This document shows positions 22,843 through 33,635 of a stretch of DNA of 64,000 bases, one piece after another. The position numbers and the translations under genes are program-made. This stretch comes from an uncultured cyanobacterium (GTDB lineage Bacteria > Cyanobacteriota > Cyanobacteriia > Cyanobacteriales > Cyanobacteriaceae): contig CAVQBA010000004.1 of NCBI GenBank assembly GCA_963710605.1, forward strand, positions 320,001 to 384,000, read 5' to 3'. Position 1 is the stretch's first letter. Every line of letters begins with the position of its first letter. The notes beneath the pieces were generated by a model. It was not told the origin of the DNA and searched no databases. It saw nothing but the letters and a program-made list of their open reading frames with translations.

Positions 22843-22865
22843 GGGTTTATGCCATAAACCCCTAC
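22843..22865. repeat. GTAG-type REP hairpin
   Basis: GGGTTTATG CCATAAACCC CTAC. Confidence 0.65.
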
Positions 22866-22906
22866 AATTTTTTTTGGAACAACGCTTGTGTTACAAATAT
22901 AATTGA

Positions 22907-23635
22907 CTAACTTAACGGTTGTTTTGCAGGAGTACCTGTTTGTCGAGGAAATTTATTCGGTGTAGTGCGTATTTTTTCGACGTAAATACAGTGACGTATA
23001 TTTTGATTAATGGGGGTATTTTGGTTTGTAATATTAACCACTTTACCCCCTAATTGATTGGCTATTTTTTCGGTGACGATTTTCTCTTCTTCTGATAAAT
23101 TTCCTCGGTATAAAATAGCAATTCCACCAATTTTAAGTAATGGTAATGAATATTCTAAACAAACAGCAATTTGAGAAACTGCTCTAATAGTGACAAAATC
23201 ATACTGCTGACGATGATTAAGATGTTGCCCTACTACTTCTGCTCGACTAGTTACAGTAGTTACATTCTCAATATTTGCTTGTTTAATGTACTCATTAATA
23301 AAATTAATTTTTTTGGCAGTAGAATCAACTAATACTAATTTAGCATTCTCAAAGGCTAAAGCAATCGGTAAACCGGGAAAACCGCCTCCTGTACCCAAAT
23401 CAATTATTTTTTTGTTGGTTAAATCGTACTCTAAAATAGGGGCAACACTATCCCATAAATTCTTTTCCCAAAAGTCTTCGACAGTAGTAATACGAGTTAA
23501 ATTTAAGTATTGATTAGCTTCTAAAATAGCTAAATATAATTGTTGCCATTGTTGTTGTTGTGTAGTTGATGGTGTCCAATTATTCTTTTGTTGCCATAAA
23601 TCTAGATGACTTGGTAATAGATTCTCTTCACTCAT
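22907..23635 (-). CDS. rsmG: 16S rRNA m7G527 methyltransferase
   Basis: NLTRIT, IDLGTGGGFPGLP, RAV, FPRQTGTP. Confidence 0.93.
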   Translation of the reverse strand: MSEENLLPSHLDLWQQKNNWTPSTTQQQQWQQLYLAILEANQYLNLTRITTVEDFWEKNLWDSVAPILEYDLTNKKIIDLGTGGGFPGLPIALAFENAKLVLVDSTAKKINFINEYIKQANIENVTTVTSRAEVVGQHLNHRQQYDFVTIRAVSQIAVCLEYSLPLLKIGGIAILYRGNLSEEEKIVTEKIANQLGGKVVNITNQNTPINQNIRHCIYVEKIRTTPNKFPRQTGTPAKQPLS

Positions 23636-23652
23636 TTATTATTCTTTATTAT

Positions 23653-23755
23653 TTATTTTAGCCATTCTGATTCAGGTATTTCTGCTGTTTTAAAAATATT
23701 TTTTGATGTTCCAATCGGTAAAATTTTACCTTTATGTTCGGGTACAATGACTTTT
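23653..23755 (-). pseudogene. hicA: HicA toxin C-terminal remnant
   Basis: KVIVPEHKGKILPIGT...AEIPESEWLK-stop; the N-terminal half is missing and heptamer repeats occupy its place. Confidence 0.65.
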
Positions 23756-23818
23756 CACGAGTAATGAGTAATGATAATAAGTAATGAGTAATACCTCTTT
23801 AATGATACTATTAGGAGG

Positions 23819-23986
23819 TCATTCTATTTCCTCAGGCTGTAGATACAAATCGATCGCTTCAATTATATTTTCTAAAGCTTCTTCTTGAGTATCTCCACAA
23901 GAAACACATCCGGGTAATTCTGGACAGCAAATTGCCCATTCTCCTGTTTGTAAATCTGGTTCAAGAATAACACGCCATTTACTCAT
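23819..23986 (-). CDS. hicB: HicB-family antitoxin (short; possibly premature TGA)
   Basis: MSKWRVILEPDLQTGEWAICCPELPGCVSCGDTQEEALENIIEAIDLYL; AAGGAG RBS. Confidence 0.8.
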   Translation of the reverse strand: MSKWRVILEPDLQTGEWAICCPELPGCVSCGDTQEEALENIIEAIDLYLQPEEIE

Positions 23987-24000
23987 TTTGTTTACTCCTT

Positions 24001-26086
24001 TTAATTATCAATTATCGCTTTTGCTTTTAGAATAATTTCTTCAAATTCGTCTTGAGGATTAGATAAAATTGTAATCGCCCCACCAATACCAATTGTAGTT
24101 TGTTCGGGGGTAATGATAGCAGTACGAATCACGATATTCAAATCGATCGTACCATTAAGAGCAATAAAACCAATACTACCAGAATAAATACCTCTAGCTT
24201 CGGTTTCTAACTCGTCAATTATTTCCATCGTTCTTTTTTTGGGTGCGCCTGTCATTGAGCCTCCAGGGAAACAAGCTTTGATACAATCTAAAGGTGTAAC
24301 ATCGGGCTTGATTTTTCCTCTGACTGTTGATACCATTTGATGTACCGTACTATAAGTTTCGATTGACATTAATTTAGGTACAGTTACCGAACCAATCTCA
24401 CAAATTTTACCTAAATCATTACGAAGTAAATCAACAATCATTAAGTTTTCTGCTTGTTCTTTTTCACTGTATTGAAGTTGCTTTTTTAGTTGTTCATCTT
24501 CTTGTTTATTCTTGCCTCTTCTTGCTGTACCTTTAATCGGTTTAGATTCTAAATATCCTTTTTTATCTAATTTTAAAAATCTTTCAGGAGAAAAACAAAC
24601 GATCGTCATTTCATCAAAACGAAAAAAAGCACTATAGGGTACGGGATTATTTTTTCTCAGTTGTAGATAAAAGTTTAAAGGCTTCTCAATTGTTTTTAGA
24701 TAAAGCTGATTCGTTAAACAGATTTCGTAACTTTCTCCTGCACGAATTTTAGCTAAACAAATATCTATATCATTAAGATAAGTTTGTTTTTCTCGACTAA
24801 GTTGATAGTTATTTAATTTGTCACCGAAATTATTAGTGACATAAGTAAATTTAAATAATTTTTTTGAGCTTTTTTTCTACTTCTAAAAACCAATCAATTG
24901 CTAATACTTCTTGTTCTTTTTTTCCTATGTAAATTAAATAAGTATCTTGTTGTTGATGATCAAAAACTAGCATTTTTTCCACAAAAAAAAACTGTGCGTC
25001 AGGATAATTCGATCGATGTTGATTATTTGTACCGCATAATGATTTTAATTCATAACTAAAATAACCGACAAAACCACCATTAAAATCAAAAGGAAAATCA
25101 TCAGTAGATTGATAAGTATATTGATTTAATTGTCTTTGTAAAAAATCAAAGATGTCTCCTGTCTCAGTCTGTTTTTGGTTATTTTTAATCGTTGTTATTT
25201 CTTGATTTTGTATTTGATAACTAACTTGAAAACTATTTTCTCCTTTTTCTCCTTCACAACTTCCCATATAAGAAAAACGAGCTAACCCTTTGGCAGTCAT
25301 ACTGCTATCTAACCAAAAGCTATTTTTAGATTCAGCATAAAATGTTTTAAAAGCTAAGGCTGAATCGACAAAATTAGTGATTTTTTTACTATAGATTTTA
25401 AGAGGTATTTTTGCTTGTTTATCTTGAATAGAAACAGGTTGTTTTTGTTTTGATTTAATCGGTAATGAAGTCGTTGAAGAGGAGAAATTCGATCGCTGTT
25501 GTTGATGATATGCTTGAGAAAGACTATTAAAATTGATTAGTAATTGTTTACCATACTCAGAAGCGATCGATTCAGGATGAAATTGAACACCCCAAAACGG
25601 TTTATACTGATGTTTGATTGCCATAACCAAATTATCTTCAGTTGTAGCAATTACCTTTATCGGTTTACAAACAGGTTGCTTTATCAGTAAAGAGTGATAA
25701 CGTACAACTTTGAAAGGTGAGGGAATAGAAGCAAATAAATCGTCATTTTGATGGTAAATATGACTAATTCTACCGTGATATGGTTCGTCTGCTTTAACTA
25801 CTTGATTGCCGTAATAATAACCTAAACCTTGATGTCCTAAACAGATACCTAAAACAGGAATTTGTGAGTTTAATAATACTTGCTGACAAACTCCAAAATC
25901 TCGATTGTTTTGAGGATTACCAGGTCCTGGAGAGATGATAATATTATCAAAATTACCTTGTTGTATTTGTGACCATGATAATTGATCATTAGTGATTACG
26001 ATCGGTTTTTCTGAATTTATCTGAGCAACTAATTGATATATATTGTAGGTAAACGAATCATAGTTATCAATGATTAAAGTTTTCAT
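24001..26086 (-). CDS. pabB: Fused aminodeoxychorismate synthase PabA-PabB; frameshift in an A7 run at ~24860
   Basis: IIDNYDSFT, GICLGHQ, QFHPES (GATase); YEICLTN in the gap frame; SPERFL, PIKGT, FPGGSMTGAPK. Confidence 0.9.
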
Positions 26087-26295
26087 AAAAAAATATCTAG
26101 AATTCGGAATTCGGAATTAATTAGCTTTTAATGATTAATGATTAATTGCCCTTTAATAACTTATAGGAAGTAATCATAAATTCGTTTAGCTATATATAAC
26201 CTGTTAAAAGAGCAAAGGGTAAAGCTCATTTATAGATACATTTATAGATACATTTATCGTCATTCTAATTAACTTCTCATATAGATGAAGAATAG

Positions 26296-26361
26296 TTAAC
26301 TCTTAACTCTTAACTTTTAGCTTTTAACTTTTAACTCTTAACTCTTAACTCTTAACTCTTA
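26296..26361. repeat. Heptamer array (TTAACTY)n overlapping the stop of the DUF2358-like gene
   Basis: Read directly from the sequence. Confidence 0.9.
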
Positions 26362-26732
26362 AATTTAAAGTGTTGTTTAACGACATCTAAAACAGAACAA
26401 TTCCAATAATCATAATGAGCAACAATTAAATTATTAGCTACTTTCAATTCGCTTGTACCTGTCACACTAATATATGGTTGCCAAGGCAAAGGGCTATTCC
26501 AAGACATTGTCCATTTAGTATCTATTTGATCTTCTTTTTCGTTTATCTCGTGTAATTCTAAATTAAGATTATTAAAAAACTTAGATAAAAAATTAATCAT
26601 CGTACGGTATTTAGTTAAACCATGAAAATCGTAAATTTTATCTTTAAAATGTATATCTTCTGCGTAAATAGAATAAGTTTGGTCATCAGGAAAATGACTA
26701 TAATCGTCTTTAATAATTTCAACTAAATTCAT
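26352..26732 (-). CDS. DUF2358/SnoaL-like protein
   Basis: DQTYSIYAEDIHFKD, WTMSWNSPLPWQP, HYDYW. Confidence 0.75.
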   Translation of the reverse strand: MNLVEIIKDDYSHFPDDQTYSIYAEDIHFKDKIYDFHGLTKYRTMINFLSKFFNNLNLELHEINEKEDQIDTKWTMSWNSPLPWQPYISVTGTSELKVANNLIVAHYDYWNCSVLDVVKQHFKFKS

Positions 26733-26755
26733 AATTTAATAATTTCAATTGTTAG

Positions 26756-28264
26756 TTAATCATGTATTTCTTCAGTGTTTGTTTTAGCTAATTCCAAAAG
26801 TATTTGCGGTTTTAATTCTGCTAAATCTTCTTTTAGTTTTCGCCGACTAACGATCGCTTCTTCATTGTGTTTCACATTCAACATTTTACTAACAGAAGCC
26901 CATTGTTTCAAACTAGTTCTTTGTTTGAGACCTATTCTAAACGATAACAAATCTTGACAAAGATGGGGATTTTGTAAGGAAAAAAAGAGTAAAAAATATT
27001 CGTTAGATTCACTTAAAGCATTAATTAGCTGAATACCGATTTTACTTTTTAAATCTAAATAACAAGGTAGCCACCTAGCACCATCTTCCACACTATACAA
27101 AGCAGTAATCCATAAAACCATCGGGTGAGGAAAACTCTGGAAAACAAATTTGTTGTAACGAATATTATTTTTTCTTTTGACTATATCTTCTTCTTCTAGC
27201 ATAGTAAAGATATTAGCAACTAGTTTGTTTTGATGATAAATAACTCGAGGAAAGACAATTTTTTGTTGTGGTTTATTACTTGGCCATGTACTTTTAATTA
27301 AAAAATCTTTTAGTTTATCTTTTTTTGGTACAGAAGAAGTTGATTGATTTATATTTTGAAGATTAGGAAAGGTTTTTCGATTGACTAAAGTACGACCAAA
27401 ATTTTCGAGTTGCTGTAAAATTTCACCGATACTTTGAGGGCGATTATTCGTTGACTTAGCTAAACAACGTAAAACTAATTGCTCAATCGCAGGCGGAATA
27501 TTCAATTCAGGTGAAAAAGGTGATGGCGGTATTTGTGTATGTGCTTTATACCAACTTCCGACAGAATCAACTTCTAAATTCCAAGGATATTTTTTACTCA
27601 GCATTTGGTACATAATCATTCCCAAACTATAAATATCGGAGCGATTATCTAGATTACCTCCTTTAAGTTGTTCTGGTGAACAATATTTAGGTGTACCCAT
27701 AAACTTCTCGACTTTACCATTATCATCTTTGATAATTTGAGCAATACCAAAATCTAAAACTTTGATAATTTGTTTTCCTGTCTCTTCTTCAATTACTAAA
27801 ATATTACTCGGTTTTAAATCTCGATGAATCACAGGGCAAATTTGACCGGAAAAAAAGATGCCATTATGAGCAATTTGCATAGCCCGACAAATTTGGATGG
27901 TAAAGTCTAAAAATGTGGCAATAGTCAAATCATAAGTATCTATCATCTGTGAGAGGCTTTCACCATCAAGATATTCCATGACATAAAAAGGTGCTTGTTG
28001 TTGATTAACCCCATAGTCACTTACTTTGACGATATTTTGACTTCTTTCCGAAAGCAAAGCACTCAAAGTCGCTTCTGTCTGAAACTGTTGAATCATCTTC
28101 ATGTCGTCTAAAGCACGAGAGAGTATTTTTACAGCTACATTTTTATTTTTAGATGCAGTATCCTCCGCTCGGTAAACTGTACCCATTCCACCAACACCAA
28201 TCACTTCTTTTAGTCGATAGCGTTGTACTAATAACTTTTTTGGGGACAAATCATCCTGACTCAT
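26756..28264 (-). CDS. Hanks-type Ser/Thr protein kinase (SpkA-like)
   Basis: IGVGGMGTVY, VAVK, HRDLKPSN, DFG, GTPKYCSPE; cyanobacterial C-terminal domain. Confidence 0.9.
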   Translation of the reverse strand: MSQDDLSPKKLLVQRYRLKEVIGVGGMGTVYRAEDTASKNKNVAVKILSRALDDMKMIQQFQTEATLSALLSERSQNIVKVSDYGVNQQQAPFYVMEYLDGESLSQMIDTYDLTIATFLDFTIQICRAMQIAHNGIFFSGQICPVIHRDLKPSNILVIEEETGKQIIKVLDFGIAQIIKDDNGKVEKFMGTPKYCSPEQLKGGNLDNRSDIYSLGMIMYQMLSKKYPWNLEVDSVGSWYKAHTQIPPSPFSPELNIPPAIEQLVLRCLAKSTNNRPQSIGEILQQLENFGRTLVNRKTFPNLQNINQSTSSVPKKDKLKDFLIKSTWPSNKPQQKIVFPRVIYHQNKLVANIFTMLEEEDIVKRKNNIRYNKFVFQSFPHPMVLWITALYSVEDGARWLPCYLDLKSKIGIQLINALSESNEYFLLFFSLQNPHLCQDLLSFRIGLKQRTSLKQWASVSKMLNVKHNEEAIVSRRKLKEDLAELKPQILLELAKTNTEEIHD

Positions 28265-28424
28265 AGTTTAACTATTTAGATTGATTATTGCTTTGATCTT
28301 ACTTATAACTATCTACTTATCGATCAAACTTATTTTTATTATCTTACATAACAAATAATCAATAATCGAGAATTAAGTAATTAGTATTAATTATTTACGA
28401 TTAAGTGTTCCCAATTATTCATTT

Positions 28425-29471
28425 TTATCTATACAAATCAAGTACTTGTTCTAATTTCATTCGTGATAAGACACCTAAAGATAAAGACGATCGTCTTCCT
28501 GCGGTAAAATGATCTACACCAGCACAAGCAATCATAGCCGCATTATCAGTACAATACTTCAAAGGCGGAAAATAAACTTGTAAATTATTTTTTTGAGCGG
28601 CTTGTTGTAAATGTTCTCTTAAACCACTATTAGCCGCCACACCACCACCTACAGCTATATCCGTTAAATTTAGATCTAAACAAGCTCTTATCGCCCTTTT
28701 TGTTAAGGCTTTAGCAACCGTTGCTTGGAAACTAGCACACAAATCTTCGATCGGTAAATTATCTGGGTTTTCGCTTTTTAAACGAGTAATTAGTCTTAAC
28801 ATCGCTGTTTTCAAACCGCTAAAACTAGAGTCATAAGGATGATAACCCTGATTATTCGGTAAAGATATTCTCCCTTCAGGTAACTTAAAAGCCTTAGGAT
28901 TACCATTTTTGGCTAACTTGTCAATTACAGGACCTCCGGGGTAAGGTAAATCTAATAACCTCGCTACCTTATCAAAAGCTTCTCCTGCGGCATCATCACG
29001 AGTTGCCCCGATAGTTTGATAATCACCACTATCTTTTACATGAATTAAACTTGTATGTCCTCCTGATACTAACAGACAAACAAAAGGGGGCTTTAAATCA
29101 GGTTCACTCAGGTAAGAGGCATGGATATGTCCTTCAAGGTGATGTATCCCTAAAAAAGGCTTATTATGTACCATTGCTAGAGTTTTAGCGGTAGTTAAAC
29201 CAACTATTAATGAACCGACTAAACCCGGTGTTACGGTAGAGGCGATCGCATCTATTTCTGACCAAGATAAACCAGATTCATTTAAAGCTCGATCGATACA
29301 AGGATTAATTGTCGTTAAATGTTGACGAGAAGCTAATTCAGGTACAACACCACCATACTCTTTATGTAAATCTATTTGCGATGCCACCACATTGGCTAAA
29401 ACATTACGATTTGTAACGATCGAGACACTAGTTTCATCACAACTACTTTCGACTGCTAAAATTACCGCCAT
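28425..29471 (-). CDS. tsaD: tRNA t6A37 threonylcarbamoyltransferase
   Basis: ESSCDET, HHLEGH, SGGHT, DDAAGEAFDK, DNAAMIA. Confidence 0.97.
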   Translation of the reverse strand: MAVILAVESSCDETSVSIVTNRNVLANVVASQIDLHKEYGGVVPELASRQHLTTINPCIDRALNESGLSWSEIDAIASTVTPGLVGSLIVGLTTAKTLAMVHNKPFLGIHHLEGHIHASYLSEPDLKPPFVCLLVSGGHTSLIHVKDSGDYQTIGATRDDAAGEAFDKVARLLDLPYPGGPVIDKLAKNGNPKAFKLPEGRISLPNNQGYHPYDSSFSGLKTAMLRLITRLKSENPDNLPIEDLCASFQATVAKALTKRAIRACLDLNLTDIAVGGGVAANSGLREHLQQAAQKNNLQVYFPPLKYCTDNAAMIACAGVDHFTAGRRSSLSLGVLSRMKLEQVLDLYR

Positions 29472-29621
29472 TGTTAAGTTAATTTGTTAAGAATAATGAA
29501 CTTTCTCATTATTACTTTACTCCATTTACCGATCACAGTAAAATCGCATTTGAAGCCTATTTATGTGCTTCATTAACTGTAACAAAAACTTATTGTTTCG
29601 TAACAAAGGGAAACAATTTTT

Positions 29622-30140
29622 ATGCGTAAAATATTTAGTTTAGTCTTAGCGTTTATGCTATCGGTGACCTTATGGGTTAACCTAGCACCTTCTGCAAAAG
29701 CAGATCTTGATTTGAGTGTATCTCATCTAACTCCCTGTGGTGAATTACCAGCATTTCAAGAAAAAGCCAAAAACTTCCGTAACACAATTGATGACCCTAA
29801 TTCTGGTCAAAGACGTGCCGAGCTTTATTCTAAAGCACTTTGTGGCCCAGAAGGTTATCCTCATTTGGTGGTAGATGGCAGATTAAGTCGTGCGGGTGAT
29901 TTTATCATTCCTAGTATCTTATTTCTTTATATCGCAGGTTGGATTGGTTGGGTAGGTCGTAAATATCTAATTGCGATTAGAGAAGAGAAAAATACTGAAA
30001 TGCTTGAGGTTGTTCTTGATGTGCCTTTGGCTTTCGGCATGATGATGTCTGGTTTCTTATGGCCAGTAGAAGCTATCAAAGAATTTTCCTCTGGCGACTT
30101 AGTTGTCAAAGATGGTGAAGTTCCTGTTTCACCTCGCTAA
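29622..30140 (+). CDS. psaF: Photosystem I subunit III
   Basis: Signal peptide; [27 protein letters not shown]. Confidence 0.97.
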   Translation: MRKIFSLVLAFMLSVTLWVNLAPSAKADLDLSVSHLTPCGELPAFQEKAKNFRNTIDDPNSGQRRAELYSKALCGPEGYPHLVVDGRLSRAGDFIIPSILFLYIAGWIGWVGRKYLIAIREEKNTEMLEVVLDVPLAFGMMMSGFLWPVEAIKEFSSGDLVVKDGEVPVSPR

Positions 30141-30182
30141 TTTTCATTTCTCATTTTTAATCAACTATTAGGAGATAATAGC

Positions 30183-30308
30183 ATGAAAAATTTTTTATCG
30201 ACTGCCCCTGTATTAATAACTGCTTTATTAGTTTTTACAGCAGTTTTATTAATCGAGTTTAATTACTTTTTACCTGATCTTTTATTTCATCCTTTGACTC
30301 AATTATAA
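30183..30308 (+). CDS. psaJ: Photosystem I subunit IX (absent from the ORF track)
   Basis: [49 protein letters not shown]; follows psaF. Confidence 0.95.
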   Translation: MKNFLSTAPVLITALLVFTAVLLIEFNYFLPDLLFHPLTQL

Positions 30309-30317
30309 AGATTGATT

Positions 30318-30368
30318 AAGGTACGATTTGTTGGTGAGTATTTCATCGATTGATCGTACCTTTTTTTT
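30318..30368 (+). terminator. Rho-independent terminator of psaFJ
   Basis: AAGGTACGAT...ATCGTACCTT followed by a T-run. Confidence 0.75.
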
Positions 30369-30999
30369 ATATTTATTAATAATTAAAAATTTGACTCATA
30401 TTTAATGTTGATAGTTTTTATCCGTAAAATAACTGACAACTATCAGCTTTTTTAGTTACACGACGACGAAATTCCCCTTCACTACAATATCGTCACGATT
30501 TCAAAATTAATTTTGGCTAAATCTATTTAAAATAGTTACTTTCAAAAAAAAAGAAAATAGAGAATATATTTTTAGAAGAGCAATAAATTTCAATTTATTG
30601 CTTTTGTTGTTACCTCATACCCTAGATTCAACTTCACAAAGCAAATAATTTGCTGTATAACTTTTAAATCTAATCAACTATAACTTAAAACAAGCTGATC
30701 AAACTAATTATCAGTTAGACAAAGAAATCTAATTAATTTGTTTACTTTTACACCAAATTTTATTAACTGTGTAGAATATATTTTAATAATAGCTAGATAT
30801 AAATCATCTCTATTTAAATAAAATAATATTCGAGTAGTCTTTTGTTTGCAATCATCCACTATCTATAAAAATAAAAGCTTAGTGGAAGAAGTAATTAACA
30901 AAATTAAATTTTTCTCATCTAATTCTCGTCTAATTTTCAATAAAATTAAGCACAATTTTAAACATTACTAATTGCTATTATTTTTAAGGCTATTATATT

Positions 31000-33096
31000 A
31001 TGGATTTATCTACATCACTTAACTTTTTAATTCCCTGTTTATTTGCTTTAATTTTAGGGCAATTAATCGTTAGGTTAACTTCTCCTAACTCTACTTGGGC
31101 AAGGAGTATCATTGTCACAGTTTCTTTTATCTTAACTTTACGTTATATCTATTGGCGATCGTTTTATACCCTCAATTTAACTACCACCACCACCACAATC
31201 ATCAGTGTCTTTATCCTTGTCTTAGAAATATTTGCTTGGATAATGCCCTATCTCAATTTGTTTATGTGCATCAAAAGGAAAAGTCGTCATAAGGAAGCTG
31301 ATTACTGGGAAACGAGTGTTAAAGCAGGAGAATACCTCCCCGCAGTTGATGTTTTAATTCCTACTTACAACGAGTCAGTACTGATTTTACGTCGCACAAT
31401 TATTGGTTGTCAGGCGATCGATTATCCCCATAAACAAGTATATTTATTAGATGATAGCGAAAGACCAGAAGTAGAACAACTAGCGACAGAATTAGGATGT
31501 GAATATATAGCCAGAACAGAACATAGTCATGCTAAAGCAGGTAATTTAAACCACGCTTTAAAAATAACAAAAAGTGAATTGATTGCGATCTTTGATGCCG
31601 ATTTTGTACCTTCACATGACTTTTTGACTCGTACCGTTGGTTTTTTCCAAAAAACAAAACTTGCCTTATTACAAACTCATCAACATTTTTACAATCAAGA
31701 CGCAGTAGCCAGAAATTTAGGCTTAGGCAATATTTTAGGGCATCCAGTCGAAGAATTTTCCGCTCGTCTCAATCAACCGATGCGAGATTATCATAATAGT
31801 GTAATGTGTTTTGGTAGCTCATTTGTCGTCAGACGCTCAGCATTAGAAAGTGTTGGTGGTTTTTTCACCGAATCAATCACCGAAGATTACTTTACAGGAA
31901 TCAAACTCCTTGCACACAAATATCAGGTAAATTATCTCAACGAGCGATTGAGTGCAGGGTTAGTGCCAGAAAATATCTCTGCTTTATTTAGCCAAAGGAT
32001 GCGTTGGGCGACAGGTACAATACAAGGCTTTTTTGTCTCGGCTAATCCTCTAACTATCAAAGGTTTGAGTTTAGTACAAAGACTGATTTATACCGCAGGA
32101 ATTATTCATTGGTTTACTAATATTACCTTAGCCACCTTTATCTTTACGATTCCGCTTTTTTTTATGTTAAGAATGCCTCCTTTTATGATGGAATTTAATG
32201 ATTGGTTAGCATTTTTTATGCCCTTTTTAATTTTTGAAACTACTGTCTTTTTTTGGTTGGGCGATCGATCTGCGAGTAAAATAGTAATTGACATTTATAG
32301 TTTTTTAATTTGTTTCCCGATTACAATTGCGATCGTACGAACTTTAATCAAACCCTTTGCTAGAACATTTCAAGTTACCCAAAAAGGTATTGTCAATTAT
32401 CGATCGGTTTTTCGTTGGCAATTAGGATTACCAATTATTTATGCTTGGATAATTACTATTTTTGGTGTTGGACTTTTTCTTAATTTATTTATTAATTTAG
32501 AAGCAAGAGAGGAGTTAATTGCTAATATAAATTTGATTTATTCTAGTTTAGAAATAGGTTTTTTCTGGACGGGTTATTATCTAATTATTTTGACTGTTTG
32601 TTTATTTGCTTTAATTGATAAATCGCAAACAGATTATTATCCTTGGTTAAAAATTCAGACTAAGATTCAATTAGTTATTGATGGAGTAGTAATTAACACG
32701 GTGTCCAATTATTTATCAGAAACAGGAGTCAAATTATCTTTTGCTGATGATTATTCTTTACCGATGATTAATGAAAATCAACTTATTCAAGTGGGAATAG
32801 AAGAGTTAAATTTGGAATTAACAACTACTATCAAACAAATCGATCGTCATCAAAACAAAATATCTTTACAATTAGAATATAGCTCATTAGAATTAAGAGA
32901 ATATCGACAAATAATTGAATATTTATTTTGCCAACCTCATCGTTGGGTAACGACAAAAGTACCTACCGAATTTGCCTCGTTTAAAATTTTGTTAAAAAGT
33001 ATTATAGTTCGCTCAAAACAAATTATTTTACGTCGAAAAGATAATAAGATAACAAGTACTAATTTAAATCTTAAATCATCCTCGATCGAAGTTTAA
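31000..33096 (+). CDS. Cellulose synthase-like GT2 (BcsA/CesA family) with degenerate C-terminal PilZ-like domain
   Basis: IPTYNE, LDD, HAKAGNLN, FDAD, TED, QRMRW; multiple TM helices. Confidence 0.88.
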   Translation: MDLSTSLNFLIPCLFALILGQLIVRLTSPNSTWARSIIVTVSFILTLRYIYWRSFYTLNLTTTTTTIISVFILVLEIFAWIMPYLNLFMCIKRKSRHKEADYWETSVKAGEYLPAVDVLIPTYNESVLILRRTIIGCQAIDYPHKQVYLLDDSERPEVEQLATELGCEYIARTEHSHAKAGNLNHALKITKSELIAIFDADFVPSHDFLTRTVGFFQKTKLALLQTHQHFYNQDAVARNLGLGNILGHPVEEFSARLNQPMRDYHNSVMCFGSSFVVRRSALESVGGFFTESITEDYFTGIKLLAHKYQVNYLNERLSAGLVPENISALFSQRMRWATGTIQGFFVSANPLTIKGLSLVQRLIYTAGIIHWFTNITLATFIFTIPLFFMLRMPPFMMEFNDWLAFFMPFLIFETTVFFWLGDRSASKIVIDIYSFLICFPITIAIVRTLIKPFARTFQVTQKGIVNYRSVFRWQLGLPIIYAWIITIFGVGLFLNLFINLEAREELIANINLIYSSLEIGFFWTGYYLIILTVCLFALIDKSQTDYYPWLKIQTKIQLVIDGVVINTVSNYLSETGVKLSFADDYSLPMINENQLIQVGIEELNLELTTTIKQIDRHQNKISLQLEYSSLELREYRQIIEYLFCQPHRWVTTKVPTEFASFKILLKSIIVRSKQIILRRKDNKITSTNLNLKSSSIEV

Positions 33097-33270
33097 AATT
33101 AAAGTTAATAGCCCCCTAAATCTCCCAAGTTTGGAGTACTTGCTAATTCAGAATGTACTTCGCAAAGATCGCAAATGGATTCTATATTCTTTCGTAGGGG
33201 TGCAAGGTTTGCACCCACGATACCGAAATTAAGTCAACAGCCCCTAAAATCTACAATTTTGGGGACTTTC
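33096..33270. repeat. Two degenerate ~45-bp direct repeats (GCCCCTAAA...TTGG) flanking a GTAG-REP (33194-33218)
   Basis: AAATTAAAGTTAATAGCCCCCTAAATCTCCCAAGTTTGGAGTACTT vs AAATTAAGTCAACAGCCCCTAAAATCTACAATTTTGGGGACTTT. Confidence 0.6.
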
Positions 33271-33461
33271 GCTTTTTTACCCCTGTTTTAACTTTAACCT
33301 TGAGTAAACTAATTGCATCAATCTTCAATAGTAATTTTTCGATCGTCAAAAATTGATATAAAGAAATATTAAAAAAGTAGCTAGCTAAATAAATAGTCAA
33401 ATTAGACTGAGAATGTTATGTATCTTTGCTAAAAATAATCTTTGTATAGTATTTAACAGTA

Positions 33462-33571
33462 TATAGCGTTTCCCAGACTTGTGAGGTACAGTTAATGATC
33501 AATAAGTCCCCTTTACAAAGGGGGGATTTAGGGGGATTTCTTTGTATTTCATAATGGTGATAATTGCTATA
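33462..33571. mobile_element. MITE (110 bp) with TATAGC...GCTATA ends
   Basis: Imperfect TIRs TATAGCGTTTCCCAGACTTGTGAGGTACA / TGTATTTCATAATGGTGATAATTGCTATA; internal CCCCTTT-ACA-AAGGGG hairpin. Confidence 0.75.
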
Positions 33572-33635
33572 TCTTTTTTGAGTAACTTTTGAAAAGCTCA
33601 ATCAATAAAACAAACAAAACAAGAACAATATAAAT

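Noticed and set aside
33416..33601. 61-aa ORF containing NPPKSPLCKGDL
   Set aside because: Translation of the MITE, not a gene
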